A stretch of DNA of 57,062 nt from Craspedostauros australis. Its lineage: Eukaryota. The DNA lies in the NCBI GenBank assembly GCA_030167865.1, contig JALAGF010005773.1, positions 1 to 57,062 on the forward strand. Reading direction: 5' to 3'. The notes under the pieces were generated by a model. The model saw only the letters and a list, made by a program, of their open reading frames with translations. It did not search any database and had not been told where the DNA came from. Position numbers and translations under genes: made by a program. Shown here in pieces: positions 25,456-38,001 of the stretch (positions are counted from its first letter, which is position 1; each line of letters begins with the position of its first letter).

Positions 25456-25741
25456 TGACGAATGCATGCCAGCCCGAAGAAGATCCGCAGACCGACTTGC
25501 ATCCGAGGAAGCCTTTGCACGGACATGGTACGAGGAGCACTCGTAACGCATCGTGTAACCTTCATTTTACTCGTTCTTTAGCATAGAGTACTCTAGTCGA
25601 TCTGACTGTGCCATCGCGTCACAATGTATTTCTGTTCGGACTAGAAGTACGAGTGCTATCATATACACCAATCTCTCTCTCTCTCTCTCTGTAGCCCGAT
25701 CTGTCTTTCATATTAGTACGTAGCATATCCGTAGCTTATCA

Positions 25742-27867
25742 TCACGAGTACAAAGGTACGAGCTGATACACTTCCAGCAATCCCACTTCGAACAAGCCTG
25801 ATGCCACCAAAGGTTCGTTTTCGAATCCTGCGGCTGTGGACGTTTCAGCTCGCGTGAGATCTTCATTCAATCGCAATCCTGCCGAACCATCTTGATTGCC
25901 GCCCATGCTGATGTATTCCCGTGTTCCCACTTGGAATTGATCGAGCAAGGCTATGCGGTTGCTGCTGTTCACGCTGTTGTCGGCCTCTTGCCCTTCCTCC
26001 TCCAGCAAGTTGCATCGTTCCTTCGGCTTCCACTTCCAGCACTGAGATGGCGACTGCGCGTTGTCATCATCTGATGCCAATCGAAACAAGAAACATTCGC
26101 CGTCACCGTAAATCTTCGTGGAGGCCTTCCATGCCTGCGAGGCGTACATGCCGACGGCGTGGGCGCCGTGCGATGCTGACAACGGCTCCACCAGCATGAT
26201 GGTGTGCTTGGCCTTTTGGCAGCGGCGGTAGAGCGTCTCCAGCGTCCGGCCATGAAAGTCCGTGGAGTAGATAAGATCCATCTTGGTCATCCTCAACGAG
26301 AGAGGTAGCCATTCTGCGATCTTCACGCGCAACCAAGACGGTTCACCCAGCTTGGCAGTCGTCGGCTCCTTGTCGAATGGGCTGTCCTCCCGGATGCCAT
26401 CGTCACTGACGATCAACGGCAATGCTCTGGCCACTGGCAGCGAGGACAGATCGTCGCCTTCGTCCCGCTTTTTCTGGCAATAGTACTCCTCCTCTAATTT
26501 CAGAATCCGCGCAAGGATTGGACGGCGTGGAAAGCGATACCGTTTCCTCACGCCGCGACCGTGTACGCCGTAGGCCTTCTTGACGAGCAGGTCGAAGCTG
26601 AAGGATGTGGAATGTGACCATTCCCTGAGTTTGGGGAAGAAATCATCGGCATCGTCCGAGAAGGAGTAGCTGTTGATATCCACCTCCTGGTCATCCAACG
26701 CCCCCGTCGGGTGCACCTTGACACCCTTCCAATCCTTGATGAAGAGCACCGCGACCGCGACGCCGAACCGGAACAAACTCTTGGTGCCCTCCAGGGTGTA
26801 AATGTCCACAATCCTGAGTACGTACTGCTCAGGGAGGATGGTTGTGAAGATGTCGTGGAAGATAGCGTTTGCGAGTTTTTCACCAACGGACAGGCGTTCC
26901 AACGTCGCGGCAGTAGTAGGGTGGAGCTTGCTCAACACGTCCAGGAACGTGCGTGAATGCGCAACGTCCTCTGCGACGCTACGGGGCCAATAAAACGCGG
27001 AATGATGCGCCATCTCACGGATGGCGGTGAAGGTGTACGATTCGCTCATGAATCCCAAGAAATGCATGGCGAGGCAAGGTATCATGGGTCCATATTCGAC
27101 GCCCAGGACGAATTCCAATGCTGCAAGAACTCGTTGCATTGCGGCCTGTCCCTGAGGAGGACAGTCCTCGACCTGCTCTGGGAAGTTGGGATTGCCAAAT
27201 GTAATCCAGGACGCTGGCGTTGGAGCCTTCGCTTTCGCCAGCTCCGGCTTGGCTTGAAGCAGCGGTGCATTCTCAGAGATCCATAGCGAGTCGTAGGCGT
27301 GATCGAGCACACGGACTTTCGCCAACGTTCGATATTCGTGAGACAATTTCTGCTCCTGATCGGGATGGCATGTCTGCACGATGTTGGACAGCCAGACAGC
27401 GCATCTCAGCGGCGGGGGGATGCCTTGGCGCACCATCTGTTGCCATGGTTGTTATTGGCATCAGTGTGATTTGATGGAGTGATGCAAGAATAATGAAGAG
27501 ATGAATAATGAAGGAATGGAAGAGCGGAGGAATCGTGCGCGAGGATTAGAGTAGGTTAGTTGGCACGCACTTTTCAGAATGTATGCGAATACAGTTGAGA
27601 CATATGCAGACTCTACCGGTAGAGAGAGAGAGAGTAGCGTAGAACAGAGTACTGTGCACTGGTTGAACTTACACCCTTGAGGAGGATGGGGTCCTCCCCC
27701 TCCACGCTGCGCCGAAAACGTCGGCGGTCATCAGTGACGGTGAAGAGAGGTGGCTTGTCATTCCATGTGGCTGGCATGGACTGGTTGATTTGACGCGCCT
27801 GCAAGGTGTCCGTGGAGTTGATGAACATCCTCATGAGAGGCGGCGGGAGGTCGTCCGACCCGTCCAT
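25742..27867 (-). CDS. TBC + TLDc domain protein (TBC1D24-like); exons 27867-27673 and 27436-25742
   Basis: A phase-0 GTAAGT..CAG intron at 27672-27437 joins ILLKG|MVRQGIPPPLRCAVW, the TBC start. Also LRIVDIYTLEGTKSLFRFG, and TLDc motifs LIYSTDFHGRTLETLY, YGDGECFLF and STAAGFENEPL...LEVY. Confidence 0.9.
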
Positions 27868-29891
27868 CTTTGATCCGTGCTATGATGCGCTGCGGAGCGT
27901 TTCGCTGGTACGACCACTGACGCGAGTGTTATAGTCGTACGACCAACCGATGGAGATAGAATCTATGATGTATTAGGGCACCTTCGAATGATTGGTGATG
28001 GGGATTGGCCACTCCGACAACGAAGTACTATTATTCTCGTAGCTGAGATACCGCAGAGTCGTCAAGTGAGGACACGATCAAGAGCGACGAGGGCAGCAGT
28101 AGTGGTGATAGCTGCAATCGACATCAATGTTGGTGTTGGTGTTGACGTCGATGTTGTTCGTCCCCACAAAGGCTTCGCCTGTCTCATGGGGTTGTGCTCA
28201 CTTGTGACTTCCGTCTCCTCTGTGTCCTCTGTCTCCCAGTTGTGGTTCTGGTTGGTTTTGTTGGCACCAACCAAGGTGATTTGGAATTCAAATTTTACTC
28301 CATTCAGTCAAAAGTGCGTGTAGGCTGCGGCAGTATTATCAAACTGCAGTAGATTCGTGTCCTTGAACATGACAAAACGTTTACATTAAAAGTGGTAAAT
28401 GTCTTGTTTACCGTTGTTTCTGAGGCAACCCCCAAACACGACCTCGGTGGTACGACAACTAACACGCACCACAAATGCAGCAAGACACTTCCGCGCGCAG
28501 CCGCTTGGTCTCGATGTTGCGCGCGTACGCGCATGTAGTTGTACGAGCTGTCACGTAGTCCTTGTTTTCTTGGCGCATTGCCATGACATGAAACATCGTC
28601 GTTCTGTCTTGTTGCGCGACAATCAATGCACACTGCGCATCCGCAACACTCCGGAGACTTCGAATCCGACCATCCGAGCCAAGTCATCAGCTCTCCATCC
28701 TTGCGCCATCATCCAGTCGTATCACACCCTCGCCCTCCAACCTCAACTCCGGCCCCGGATCTAGCTTGACCTACCCACACTCTACATCGCAAACGTTATC
28801 GCCGTCGGGCTTGGCAGCATTGCGCGGGTTTTGCGGTACCGAGCGTGTGTGGGTGTGCGTGATTGTGTTCGTGCGCGTACGTGTGCGTGCGTGCGTGCGT
28901 GTCTTTGGATTTGTGCTCGTGCATCCGTTCATGGTGTTCTATTACACGAGCTACAATACCATTCCAACAAAGTCAAGCAAGAGCAAGAGCAAGAGGAACA
29001 CCAGAAAGAAGCAACTGCAACAGCAACACAGTTCCTGCCGCCAGCTGCATTTGTTGAAGCAAGAGCACAGCACGGCAGATCGGATCAGACAACGTTCCTC
29101 TCCAACGAGATCACACAGCATCAGATCAACTCCATTCAGCGCGACCCAAAGCAACGCAGTGTAACTGAACAGAATAGAACAGAAGCAAGCAAACGAACCC
29201 TAGCCCTCTCTCGATTGGTAGACACACACACACACACACGCGCGCGCGCGCAGAGAGAGAGAGAGAGGCAACACACTTGTGTGCCAACGCCATTCATCCA
29301 TTAACAGGATCCTTCACCATCATCTGGCGCCCTCCTTGATCCGCACGGAAAGCATACGCACGAGCAGCGCAGACAACTTGAGCCTGTTGTTAACCAGCGA
29401 TCGAACGCCCCAAGCAATCGCAGCAGCTCTACTCCTTGCAGTATTGCATAGCAACTGCATAGCAACAGCAACTGCCACAAGGAAAAGGCCAGTCACCACA
29501 AAACCAACCAAGCAAGCAACGACGCAAAAGTCATCCATCACACCCTTACATGCCCCAGTGGTCTGCCGTGGTGAGCTTTGGTTCGCCTCTTCATCAGTAC
29601 TCGCACAAATCTCCACACACGACGAGTACACGTACTAATATACGCACACTCCACATCACTTTACCTCGTGAACGACACACCACGTTGCAACGCAGCATAC
29701 ACAACGCGACGTCAAGCCAAGCCAAGCCAAGCCCAACCAAACCAACGCAGTCACAGTTATCGCGGGAAAGTGCGCTTCGCTTCGTCTTGATCGAGTCGAA
29801 ACAGGCTGAATTGACCTCATCCTGGCCTGCGCTACACACGCAACGCGACGCAACCACCTCTGCAAACACTGGGCGCAACTGATTGGGACCA

Positions 29892-31916
29892 ATGACAACA
29901 GCGACATACGGCGCCGTCTTGCGCGGAGACACCGAAGGCGATGGCGGAAACACAACCAACAACAAATCAGCTGCGTCCAACGTTGCCCTCTTGACCCCTG
30001 CGATGCTGATGAACCCAACACCACCGCCCGGTCCTGCTCAATCGCAAAATTCAACCGGCACTTCGGGACAGACAGGACCTTCGACCGCACCGAAGAATAG
30101 CTCGGCACAGGCGGTCAGTGTCGAGAATGGGACTTGTGGTGGATCTCAGCCATTGGCTTCTTCTTCGATCGTTCCGACAGTCAACGGAGACATATCAAAT
30201 TCGGCGCCACCATCGTCAACTTTGACACCAACGCCAGCAACAAGAGTGGTAGATGCTGGTAGCGCAGCAACGGCGACACCTCCCCTGCCGTCCACACCTG
30301 ATAGCTCGCAGCAAATCGATTCGGCTCTCATCGCAGCAATGCGCGACCAACGCGAACGATTGGGACTCTTCAAACTCGAAAAGGCAATGGTGGACTTCAT
30401 GAAGTCCCCACACGTGTTCATCGAGGTCGGTGGCCTGTTCAATTCCATCATCGTTTCTCCCACAGGATCCATCATAGCCGGGGCCAACATCACGAAGGAA
30501 CGTCCCCAAACCAGCTTTCAGCGTTGCATTCTGCACCGTCTCGCAGATAGATTTCAGATTCCGCGAGAAAATGGCACCATCAAGGATGGCTACATCCGCC
30601 TCACCAAGCAGCCTGATTCTCGCATCCCCAGCCACATGCTGCTGGACGCGGACGTCGCACAGCTGGCCGCCAGTCCTAATGACATTACTCGCGGCTCCGA
30701 CCAACTCAAAAATGGCGGCGGGACGCAAAGTTCTGCCTCCGGCATCGGCGGCCCCAGCAGCGGCGGTAGCAGCGGAAAACGACGATCACGAAAGATGAAG
30801 ATTATGAAACGCGATTCCAGCGGAGATAGCTCACGTGGTTCCCGTGGCGCCAACGGCGCAAATGGTGCAAACTCTCGAAAAGGAAGCAAGAACTTCGCCG
30901 ACAGGGAGAAGGCGTATGCGGAAGCCAGGGCGCGCATTTTCAACGAACAACAAGATGGCGATGCTGGCCCGTCATCACGTCAGCAAGAATCCTCGATCAG
31001 CTCGCCGGATGGATTTGCCAGCAAGAAATCGTCTCTTCACCGAAGGAATAGCGTGGAGAGTGACGCCTCCGGTGGCACCGGAAATGGGACTGGTGGCAGC
31101 AGTGGTGGTCGTTTTACCGGCAATTCCAACGTCAAGGGCAAAGCAACCTACCGTAATCGCCAACAGGAAGAGAATGACCCGGACTTTCGAAGAGGTGGCG
31201 CAGCTGTAGTACCGCTGCAGAAAACCCACGGGTACCTGAACGATGCGTTTGGCAAAAGCTTCCCAAATGCCAACATGGTCCCCGGCATTCAGGGCCAGTA
31301 CCCACCGCGTGCTGGGATGCCACGTAGCATGTACCCACCGCAGCAGCATGCTGAGATGAACAGTGACATGAATAATGGCATGAACAATGGTATGGTCACC
31401 AACCACAGAGGTCCATATGCTCCTCGCCCAGGTAGGGACAACATGCCCGCCAACATTCACCAATTCAACCAGCTATCGCTTCATCAGCAGCAGCAGCAAC
31501 AACAACAACAGCAACATCTCCACCGCCAACAACAGCATCAGCAACAGCAGCACCAACAGCAGCACCGCATGGTGCCACCTCCACCCACACCATCCCCACA
31601 ACAGCTACCTCATCAATCTGCACAATACTTCGTCAGCCCCAACGGGAATAACTTCCACATGGCCCGACAGACGCACCCTGCGATGAATGTCCCTCGCTAC
31701 GCAGATAACAGCACCAAAACCGGCAACGGCGGCCCCAACACCAACCCGCCAAGGATGTACTATGCACAGAATCATGGCGCACCAATGCATCAGCAAATGC
31801 ATCATCCTCACCCTCAACAGCAACAACAACAGCAGCAGCAGCAGCAACAGCAGAGATCTCCACCGCGCCAAATGACGGACGTGAATAACCTGGATGAATT
31901 CCCGTCCTTGGGATGA
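29892..31916 (+). CDS. R3H + SUZ domain RNA-binding protein (ARPP21/encore/Rbs1-like) with polyQ tracts
   Basis: ERLGLFKLEKAMVDF, R3H core SFQRCILHRLADRFQI, KMKIMKR, SUZ motif REKAYAEARARIF, and a Q/H/P-rich C-terminus. Confidence 0.88.
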   Translation: MTTATYGAVLRGDTEGDGGNTTNNKSAASNVALLTPAMLMNPTPPPGPAQSQNSTGTSGQTGPSTAPKNSSAQAVSVENGTCGGSQPLASSSIVPTVNGDISNSAPPSSTLTPTPATRVVDAGSAATATPPLPSTPDSSQQIDSALIAAMRDQRERLGLFKLEKAMVDFMKSPHVFIEVGGLFNSIIVSPTGSIIAGANITKERPQTSFQRCILHRLADRFQIPRENGTIKDGYIRLTKQPDSRIPSHMLLDADVAQLAASPNDITRGSDQLKNGGGTQSSASGIGGPSSGGSSGKRRSRKMKIMKRDSSGDSSRGSRGANGANGANSRKGSKNFADREKAYAEARARIFNEQQDGDAGPSSRQQESSISSPDGFASKKSSLHRRNSVESDASGGTGNGTGGSSGGRFTGNSNVKGKATYRNRQQEENDPDFRRGGAAVVPLQKTHGYLNDAFGKSFPNANMVPGIQGQYPPRAGMPRSMYPPQQHAEMNSDMNNGMNNGMVTNHRGPYAPRPGRDNMPANIHQFNQLSLHQQQQQQQQQQHLHRQQQHQQQQHQQQHRMVPPPPTPSPQQLPHQSAQYFVSPNGNNFHMARQTHPAMNVPRYADNSTKTGNGGPNTNPPRMYYAQNHGAPMHQQMHHPHPQQQQQQQQQQQQQRSPPRQMTDVNNLDEFPSLG

Positions 31917-32699
31917 TGGAACGCTACAGGGAGAGATAAAGAAGGAGAGAGAGAGAGAGGAGGACATTCACGAAACGGCGCGCTTGTGCCATGTACGATA
32001 CGATACAAGTGGAACAACAAACTAATGATAGAGGAAGTGTCACATTCAAGGAGGGAGATCGATTTTATGCTGCAATCGCACCTTGGGAGATTCTACGAGT
32101 ACGAGCTCTGGACGGTCGGCACCCCCATGATCCTTGTTCTTGTTTGGTTGGAGAGAGAGAGAGGTGCAACGTCACATGTTGTTCGGTTCTGTGGAAAGAC
32201 CGAACACGCAAATTCTCATTTGTGTCTGGTTGATTGTGGTGGTCGCCGAGGTTCGCGTCATTTTTGTGTTGCCCATTTACACGTAGTATGTGTGGTTTGG
32301 CACGTACTGATGGCATGAGAGTGTCTGGATCCACCCATCACGACAGAAAGCCAGCGATCCAATCATCACGAACACGTACCGATACCAGTCCTCGCGCCAT
32401 ACGACGCACACACGCTGCTCATCACTTGGTAATGGAACGCAGAACAACTGGACGCCGACTCATCAACACTCACGAACGCAGCAGCAGAATCACGCGCAGC
32501 ATCCGAGATCCCCACACGTCGAAGCGAGCAGCACACTAGGACATTAGTATACTCAACGAGCGTCCGCGCAATTAGCCATAATATTCGTAGCAGAGCAGAC
32601 CAGAGCAATACCGTACCAATCGCCAGACAATACTGCCAACGTAGCGCGAGTTTCACACTCTCGCACCCCATCGCACCCCATCGCACAGCACATCAGACC

Positions 32700-33827
32700 A
32701 TGGGACGGCTTGGAGGCTCTTGGCGTCAACTTCGGACACGTGCGGACACTTCGACGTGGTGGAGCGGACTTTGCTATGGCAGCCGAGTCCGGCATGTTGT
32801 TGTCCCAGCCGCACTTCGAGCGTCGTCATCGTGGTCGTCATCGTGGTCGTCATCGTGGTCGTCATCAAAACCGGATGACCCCACGAAGTCGGAAACGATC
32901 GAAAGACAGGGATCGAGCGAGCCATCGTGGCGGATATCGTCCTTCGGCACCGCTTTTCCAAGGAACCAGCCTCGCCATCACCCCTACAATCCAAACATCC
33001 ACCACCAACGCTTCACAAGATCCATCTTGCCACGTAACATCCTCATTTTACGGCATGGCGAATCCTTGGGCAATGCCGACGAATCGCTGTACGCTACAAC
33101 CCCCGATTGGAAGATGCCGCTCTCCCAGCGCGGACGTCGTCAATCCCGAGACGCGGGACGACGGATTCAGCAAATCGTCGGACCGGACAGCAACATTCTA
33201 TTCTACGTCTCTCCCTACCATCGAACCAAAGAGACGCTGAAGGAAATCCAAAGCCAAATTTCAAACCCCATCCTCTTCACCCGCGAAGAACCGCGACTAC
33301 GCGAGCAGGATTTTGGCAACTTCCAAGACCCCGAGCTCATCCAAGCCGCCAAGGAAGAGCGACCCAAATTCGGACGTTTCTTTTTCCGCTTCCCCGATGG
33401 CGAAAGCGGCGCAGACGTCTTCGACCGGGTCTCGGCCTTCTCTGGAACTTTCGTGCAAGACATTGAACAGACAGCATACCGGATTGGCGAACGCACAGCC
33501 GCCAACGCGACGGCGATCTTGGTCACGCACGGTATTGCGGGACGTTTGTTTGTCATGAGGTGGCTCCAGTGGAGCGTGGACGACTTTGAGAATCTGCACA
33601 ATTCACCAAATTGCGGCTTGCTGCATCTGCAGCGTACACCGGACGGGATGGCATACGATCTGACGGCCGAATCAAGGGCCCTGATCAAGGCACCGCGGAT
33701 GGAAAAGGACTCCGGATACGTTGGGAATGGTCTAAAGCTTGGGGACATGCTCAAGGCAGAGAAGCAGCTGACAGAGAAGGAGCGAGATGTGTTTCGCACG
33801 TTGCCAGATTCGGCATGGGGGATGTAA
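32700..33827 (+). CDS. Histidine phosphatase / phosphoglycerate-mutase family protein (Det1-like)
   Basis: LILRHGESLGN, YVSPYHRT, EPRLREQDFGNFQ, FFFRFPDGESGADVFDRVS and LVTHG. The true start is uncertain because the N-terminus is low-complexity. Confidence 0.9.
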   Translation: MGRLGGSWRQLRTRADTSTWWSGLCYGSRVRHVVVPAALRASSSWSSSWSSSWSSSKPDDPTKSETIERQGSSEPSWRISSFGTAFPRNQPRHHPYNPNIHHQRFTRSILPRNILILRHGESLGNADESLYATTPDWKMPLSQRGRRQSRDAGRRIQQIVGPDSNILFYVSPYHRTKETLKEIQSQISNPILFTREEPRLREQDFGNFQDPELIQAAKEERPKFGRFFFRFPDGESGADVFDRVSAFSGTFVQDIEQTAYRIGERTAANATAILVTHGIAGRLFVMRWLQWSVDDFENLHNSPNCGLLHLQRTPDGMAYDLTAESRALIKAPRMEKDSGYVGNGLKLGDMLKAEKQLTEKERDVFRTLPDSAWGM

Positions 33828-35921
33828 GGGTTCGCACGAGCCTCCACGTGTCGGTACCCTGCTCAGTCATTCTTCACATTCTCTGTCAAGCATGCGAGGA
33901 GAGCAAGAGAGGAAAGACACGAACTTCGCATGAGAGGAAACATAGATCTCCGAACATAATACCACACTTGTTCAATCGTCACGCCATTTGCAGAGCTGCA
34001 TTGCGGTCTACACAGAATCAGAGATTCTACTCCACACAACACCATGTACATGGTACCAGTATTGCAATTAACATACCATCGCGGTGACTGTCACCCGCCT
34101 TCGCGCAAACGGACACCTCAGGACCCACTTGAGTGATGGGACCTGCGGCCGGTCCCGGCAAGTCATTCCACACATGAAACCCAAAAATAGAGGTGGCAAA
34201 GCCATGGACATTCAAATGATGATGGTTATGGTGTCGTGGAGGCTGATCGCACTTTCCGCTGTGTGCTTCTATTGGTACCGATCCACGTAGGCCTCAGTTC
34301 GTTGTCGGTGCATTTGTGATATGCTTGGCGTAATGGGCGGTAGCAGCCTTGCTCCATTGTTACGAAAAGGGGGAGTGGGTCCAGCCACCCGACTGTTGCC
34401 GATTCATTCGAAAGGTTGCGGTGTGGTGGGCTAAGCATTCCAGACGAATCCGAGGACTCCAATCCGCATCTCCGACTTGCTTTTCGAATCCAGTCCCAAT
34501 TCATCATCATATAGCAATAGTTTCATTGCGAGAAGAATATCCAGACGGAGATGGGATGCCTGAAGCAAAGTGCTTGCGACCTGAGTCACTGCCACATCCC
34601 AAAGTGACATGTGTCACTCAGCCTCTCACTTGATCCTGCACTGCTGATATTCCGAGAACCGCTTGTCAGTTGAGCTCCGAAATCCTTCCCCCTCCGGATC
34701 CCAACTGCTTTCCCTCTTTTATCTGGACGCCAATTTGATCAAAGGGCAGCGGAATATCGCAACAGGGACGGTACAATTTGCATGGCGTCTGTTGGCAAGT
34801 TCCGTGATTGGAAGCCTACAATCATGGATGACAGTGTTGGTTGATAGTTGTCCTGTTTGCTATTTCAGTACTTGGCTACTCCAATCCTCTCAGTGTCTGT
34901 CCTCTTGCCCGATGCTCTTGGCATGTTTATCTGTTTCGTAGATTCATTCTCCAACTATGAGTTGGTGTGCAAGATGCTCTCTTGCTACTCTTTGTATTCT
35001 CTCTCTCTCTCTCTCTCAATATTGTGTACTCGTGCTACACAATACTTCTTGTTCGATGGGTACTCCGCATTTGACACTCCATTCGTTCACTACTGGTTCC
35101 TACTCCATGAGCACTTACCATTTGAACTTCACCTCTCGTATCCATGATCTTGATGTCCTTTGGTCATCAGATCTTCTCCTCCTGCTCTGACCTGGAGACA
35201 AATGTCAACATGGTGACATGATGGCATCTTTTCTACATCAGCTGTCCTGTTCCATGTTCCTCCAGATGCCATGTTCTATCGATGATGCGATGGCTTGGCA
35301 AGGATGTTGTCATTTGAGGTTTAGTTGGGAAGTACATCGAGCTTCACTTGATGCCATGTGTTTCCATTGATGGATGGACAGGCGATGTTCCTGATACTCT
35401 AAGAAATCATTGTTTGCAAATTTCCTCCAGACATTCTGCTCAATTTTCTGTGTTCAATTTCGTGATGTGATTTTGGCAAATCACAGTTTACTATTAACAC
35501 CTGTGTAGTTGTACCGTCTGTACATGAGTATGAGAGAATGACAGGTGAACGATGCACATACACATGTACATCTCGACATAGTGACCCGTCTCGTTGTCAG
35601 TCTGCAAAAACGAGCCTTCCCTTCTTCCCAAACAGACAGAAAAAGTTCCAAACAATTGGAAAGACTGACACTTTGGTGTGAGGCGAATGACAGACGCTTC
35701 AACAGAACAAGTTCGAACGTCGAGACTCTGACAAATGACTTGGTCTCTGTGACGAAAAAGGCGAAGCGCCACTTCGGCAACAACTCACAAGCATCAGCCA
35801 CAACATCGATGGAGAGCACAACCCAACATCAACCCAACCAATCACTCTAGTCCGGATCATTGGATTCAACAACACAACCATCAAGCGCACAACCCAATTT
35901 AATCACCAACTGAAGCGCATC

Positions 35922-37309
35922 ATGTCCTCAACCGATTGGAAAATCGACACATCTTCGCCCGTCCTGGTCACCGGCGCAACGGGGTACATCGCCGGTGTGC
36001 TCATCAAGCAACTTCTTGATGCAGGCGTTACGGTTCACGGCACCGTCCGCGATCCATCCAACACCGAACGTCTCCAGTATCTCGTCGATGTAGCGGACAA
36101 GTCCCCAGGAACCCTCAAGCTTTTCCGCGGTGATTTATTGGAAGATGGGTCATTCGAGGAAAGCATGAAGGAATGTTCCATCGTCTTCCACACGGCGTCG
36201 CCATTTGTCTTGAAAGTGAAGAATCCGCAGAAGGAATTGGTCGATCCAGCGGTGAATGGAACCAAGAACGTGCTCAACACGGCAACGAAGACGCCATCCG
36301 TACGCCGTGTGGTGTTGACCAGCTCCGTTGCATCGATCTTCGCGGACGCGGCGGACACCTACAACGCACCCAACAATACCCTGACAGAGGACGTCGACAA
36401 CATCACCGCGAGCCTCGACTACCAGTCGTACCACTTCAGCAAGGCACAGGCAGAAATGGTGGCATGGCGACTTCTCGGTTGTCAAAATCAATGGACGATG
36501 GCCGTCATCAATCCATCTTTCGTCATGGGTCCGGGATTGAAGTACCACGCAAGCAGCGAATCAGTTAAATTCATCATTTCGGTGTGTGGCGGGGAGCTTT
36601 CAACTGGCGTGCCGAAGTTTGGCATGAGCTTCGTGGATGTCCGGGAAGTGGCAAGAGCTCATATAGTGGCAGCCTACAAGGAGGGTGTGACTGGTCGACA
36701 CATCCTCGCCGCCAAGAATTCCAATGCCTTCGAAGCTGCAACTGTAAGTGCACTCCGTGGCTTCGAATTGGTTGGTCCATGAATGCATCAATCAATCGCT
36801 CAAACAACGGGCATCGATTGTTGCGTGTATGGAAATGCTACATTACACTGACTTCTTGCGCGGACTTCTTGCAATGATACTACACCATCACTCACTCGAC
36901 ACCCTGCTTCATATTTCATGCAATGCTTCGCTGTGCTTCATTTCCTCTCGTTTTCCAAACACGCACACGAACACACCCCATGTGCATACTCTTCTCTTCT
37001 CTTGTTTACTCAATTCCATTCTGTATTGCCAAAAACAAACGCACGACATCGCAGATCCTTCGCAAGAAATACTCGCGCTACCCGATCCCTACAAGAACGG
37101 TGCCAAAGTTCTTGATGTCTTTGCTTGGACCATACCTCAGTGCCATCACTACACGCCGCTATGTCGCAAACAACGTCGATGTCGACGTCAATCTAGACAA
37201 CACCAAATCCAAGGAATCACTGGGTATCCAGTACCGCTCCTTGGAAGACACCTTCAACGAAATGTTCGAGCAGATCCTTGACTATGGCGGCGTGGAGAGG
37301 AAGAACTAG
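35922..37309 (+). CDS. Extended SDR, NAD(P)-dependent epimerase/dehydratase (DFR/aldehyde-reductase-like); exons 35922-36743 and 37055-37309
   Basis: VLVTGATGYIA, VFHTASPF, PAVNGTKNVL, VVLTSS, YHFSK, INPSFVMGP and VDVREVARAH. A phase-0 GTAAGT..GCAG intron leads to ILRKKY...DNTKSKESLGIQYRSLEDT. Confidence 0.93.
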
Positions 37310-38001
37310 TAGTTCGCAGTGAAGGGTCGAACAACAACACTCATCGAAGCGTCTTCCAAATCAGCCAATGTGCCGACCTACGAAGTGATCAAACTTCTCG
37401 CACTCACACAACCAACCAACCAGAATGACGAAGTCGATGTACTCGGACCCGGACTCGGACTCATACTCGTGTGGTGAGCAGGAGCACACATACCGTATTT
37501 CCAGCAAAACGCTATATTTCGCATTATGTAATATAATAACATACTCTAAGAATAGTACGACTTATGCACACCACTTCAGCCCCAAGTTCACCACCTGGCT
37601 CATCACTTCGCGCTTGACCACGATGTGCCAGGGTATCAAGCCATTCCTTGCTGCGCCCTTCCCAAATCGAACGCAGCGCACAAACCGTGGGAAATCTTAT
37701 TTCACACCAACATCCAAAAGATACCCATTCGCGACAAACCAGTCAGAACAAAACGAAGCCAGATTTGCAAATCGGAATGACGACAGTGATGGCGACAGGA
37801 GACTTCGCAATGTTCGTCCTCACGTTGTGCGGCGCACAGCATGACCAGACACACAAAGAAGAGAATGAGGGAAGATCTGCGGGAAGCGCTCCACATATAT
37901 CAGTCTGAATGCCTCTGCTTGCGTTCACAACCTTTCCCAAGCAAACAATCATCAAAGCGACAAAGCAAGTGAGCTGAAGAAGCAACCACAGCATCAACAT
38001 T

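Noticed and set aside
32820..32866. 12-bp tandem repeat (SSSW)n as a CRISPR-like or functional array
   Set aside because: A simple slippage minisatellite without spacers, in a eukaryotic locus.
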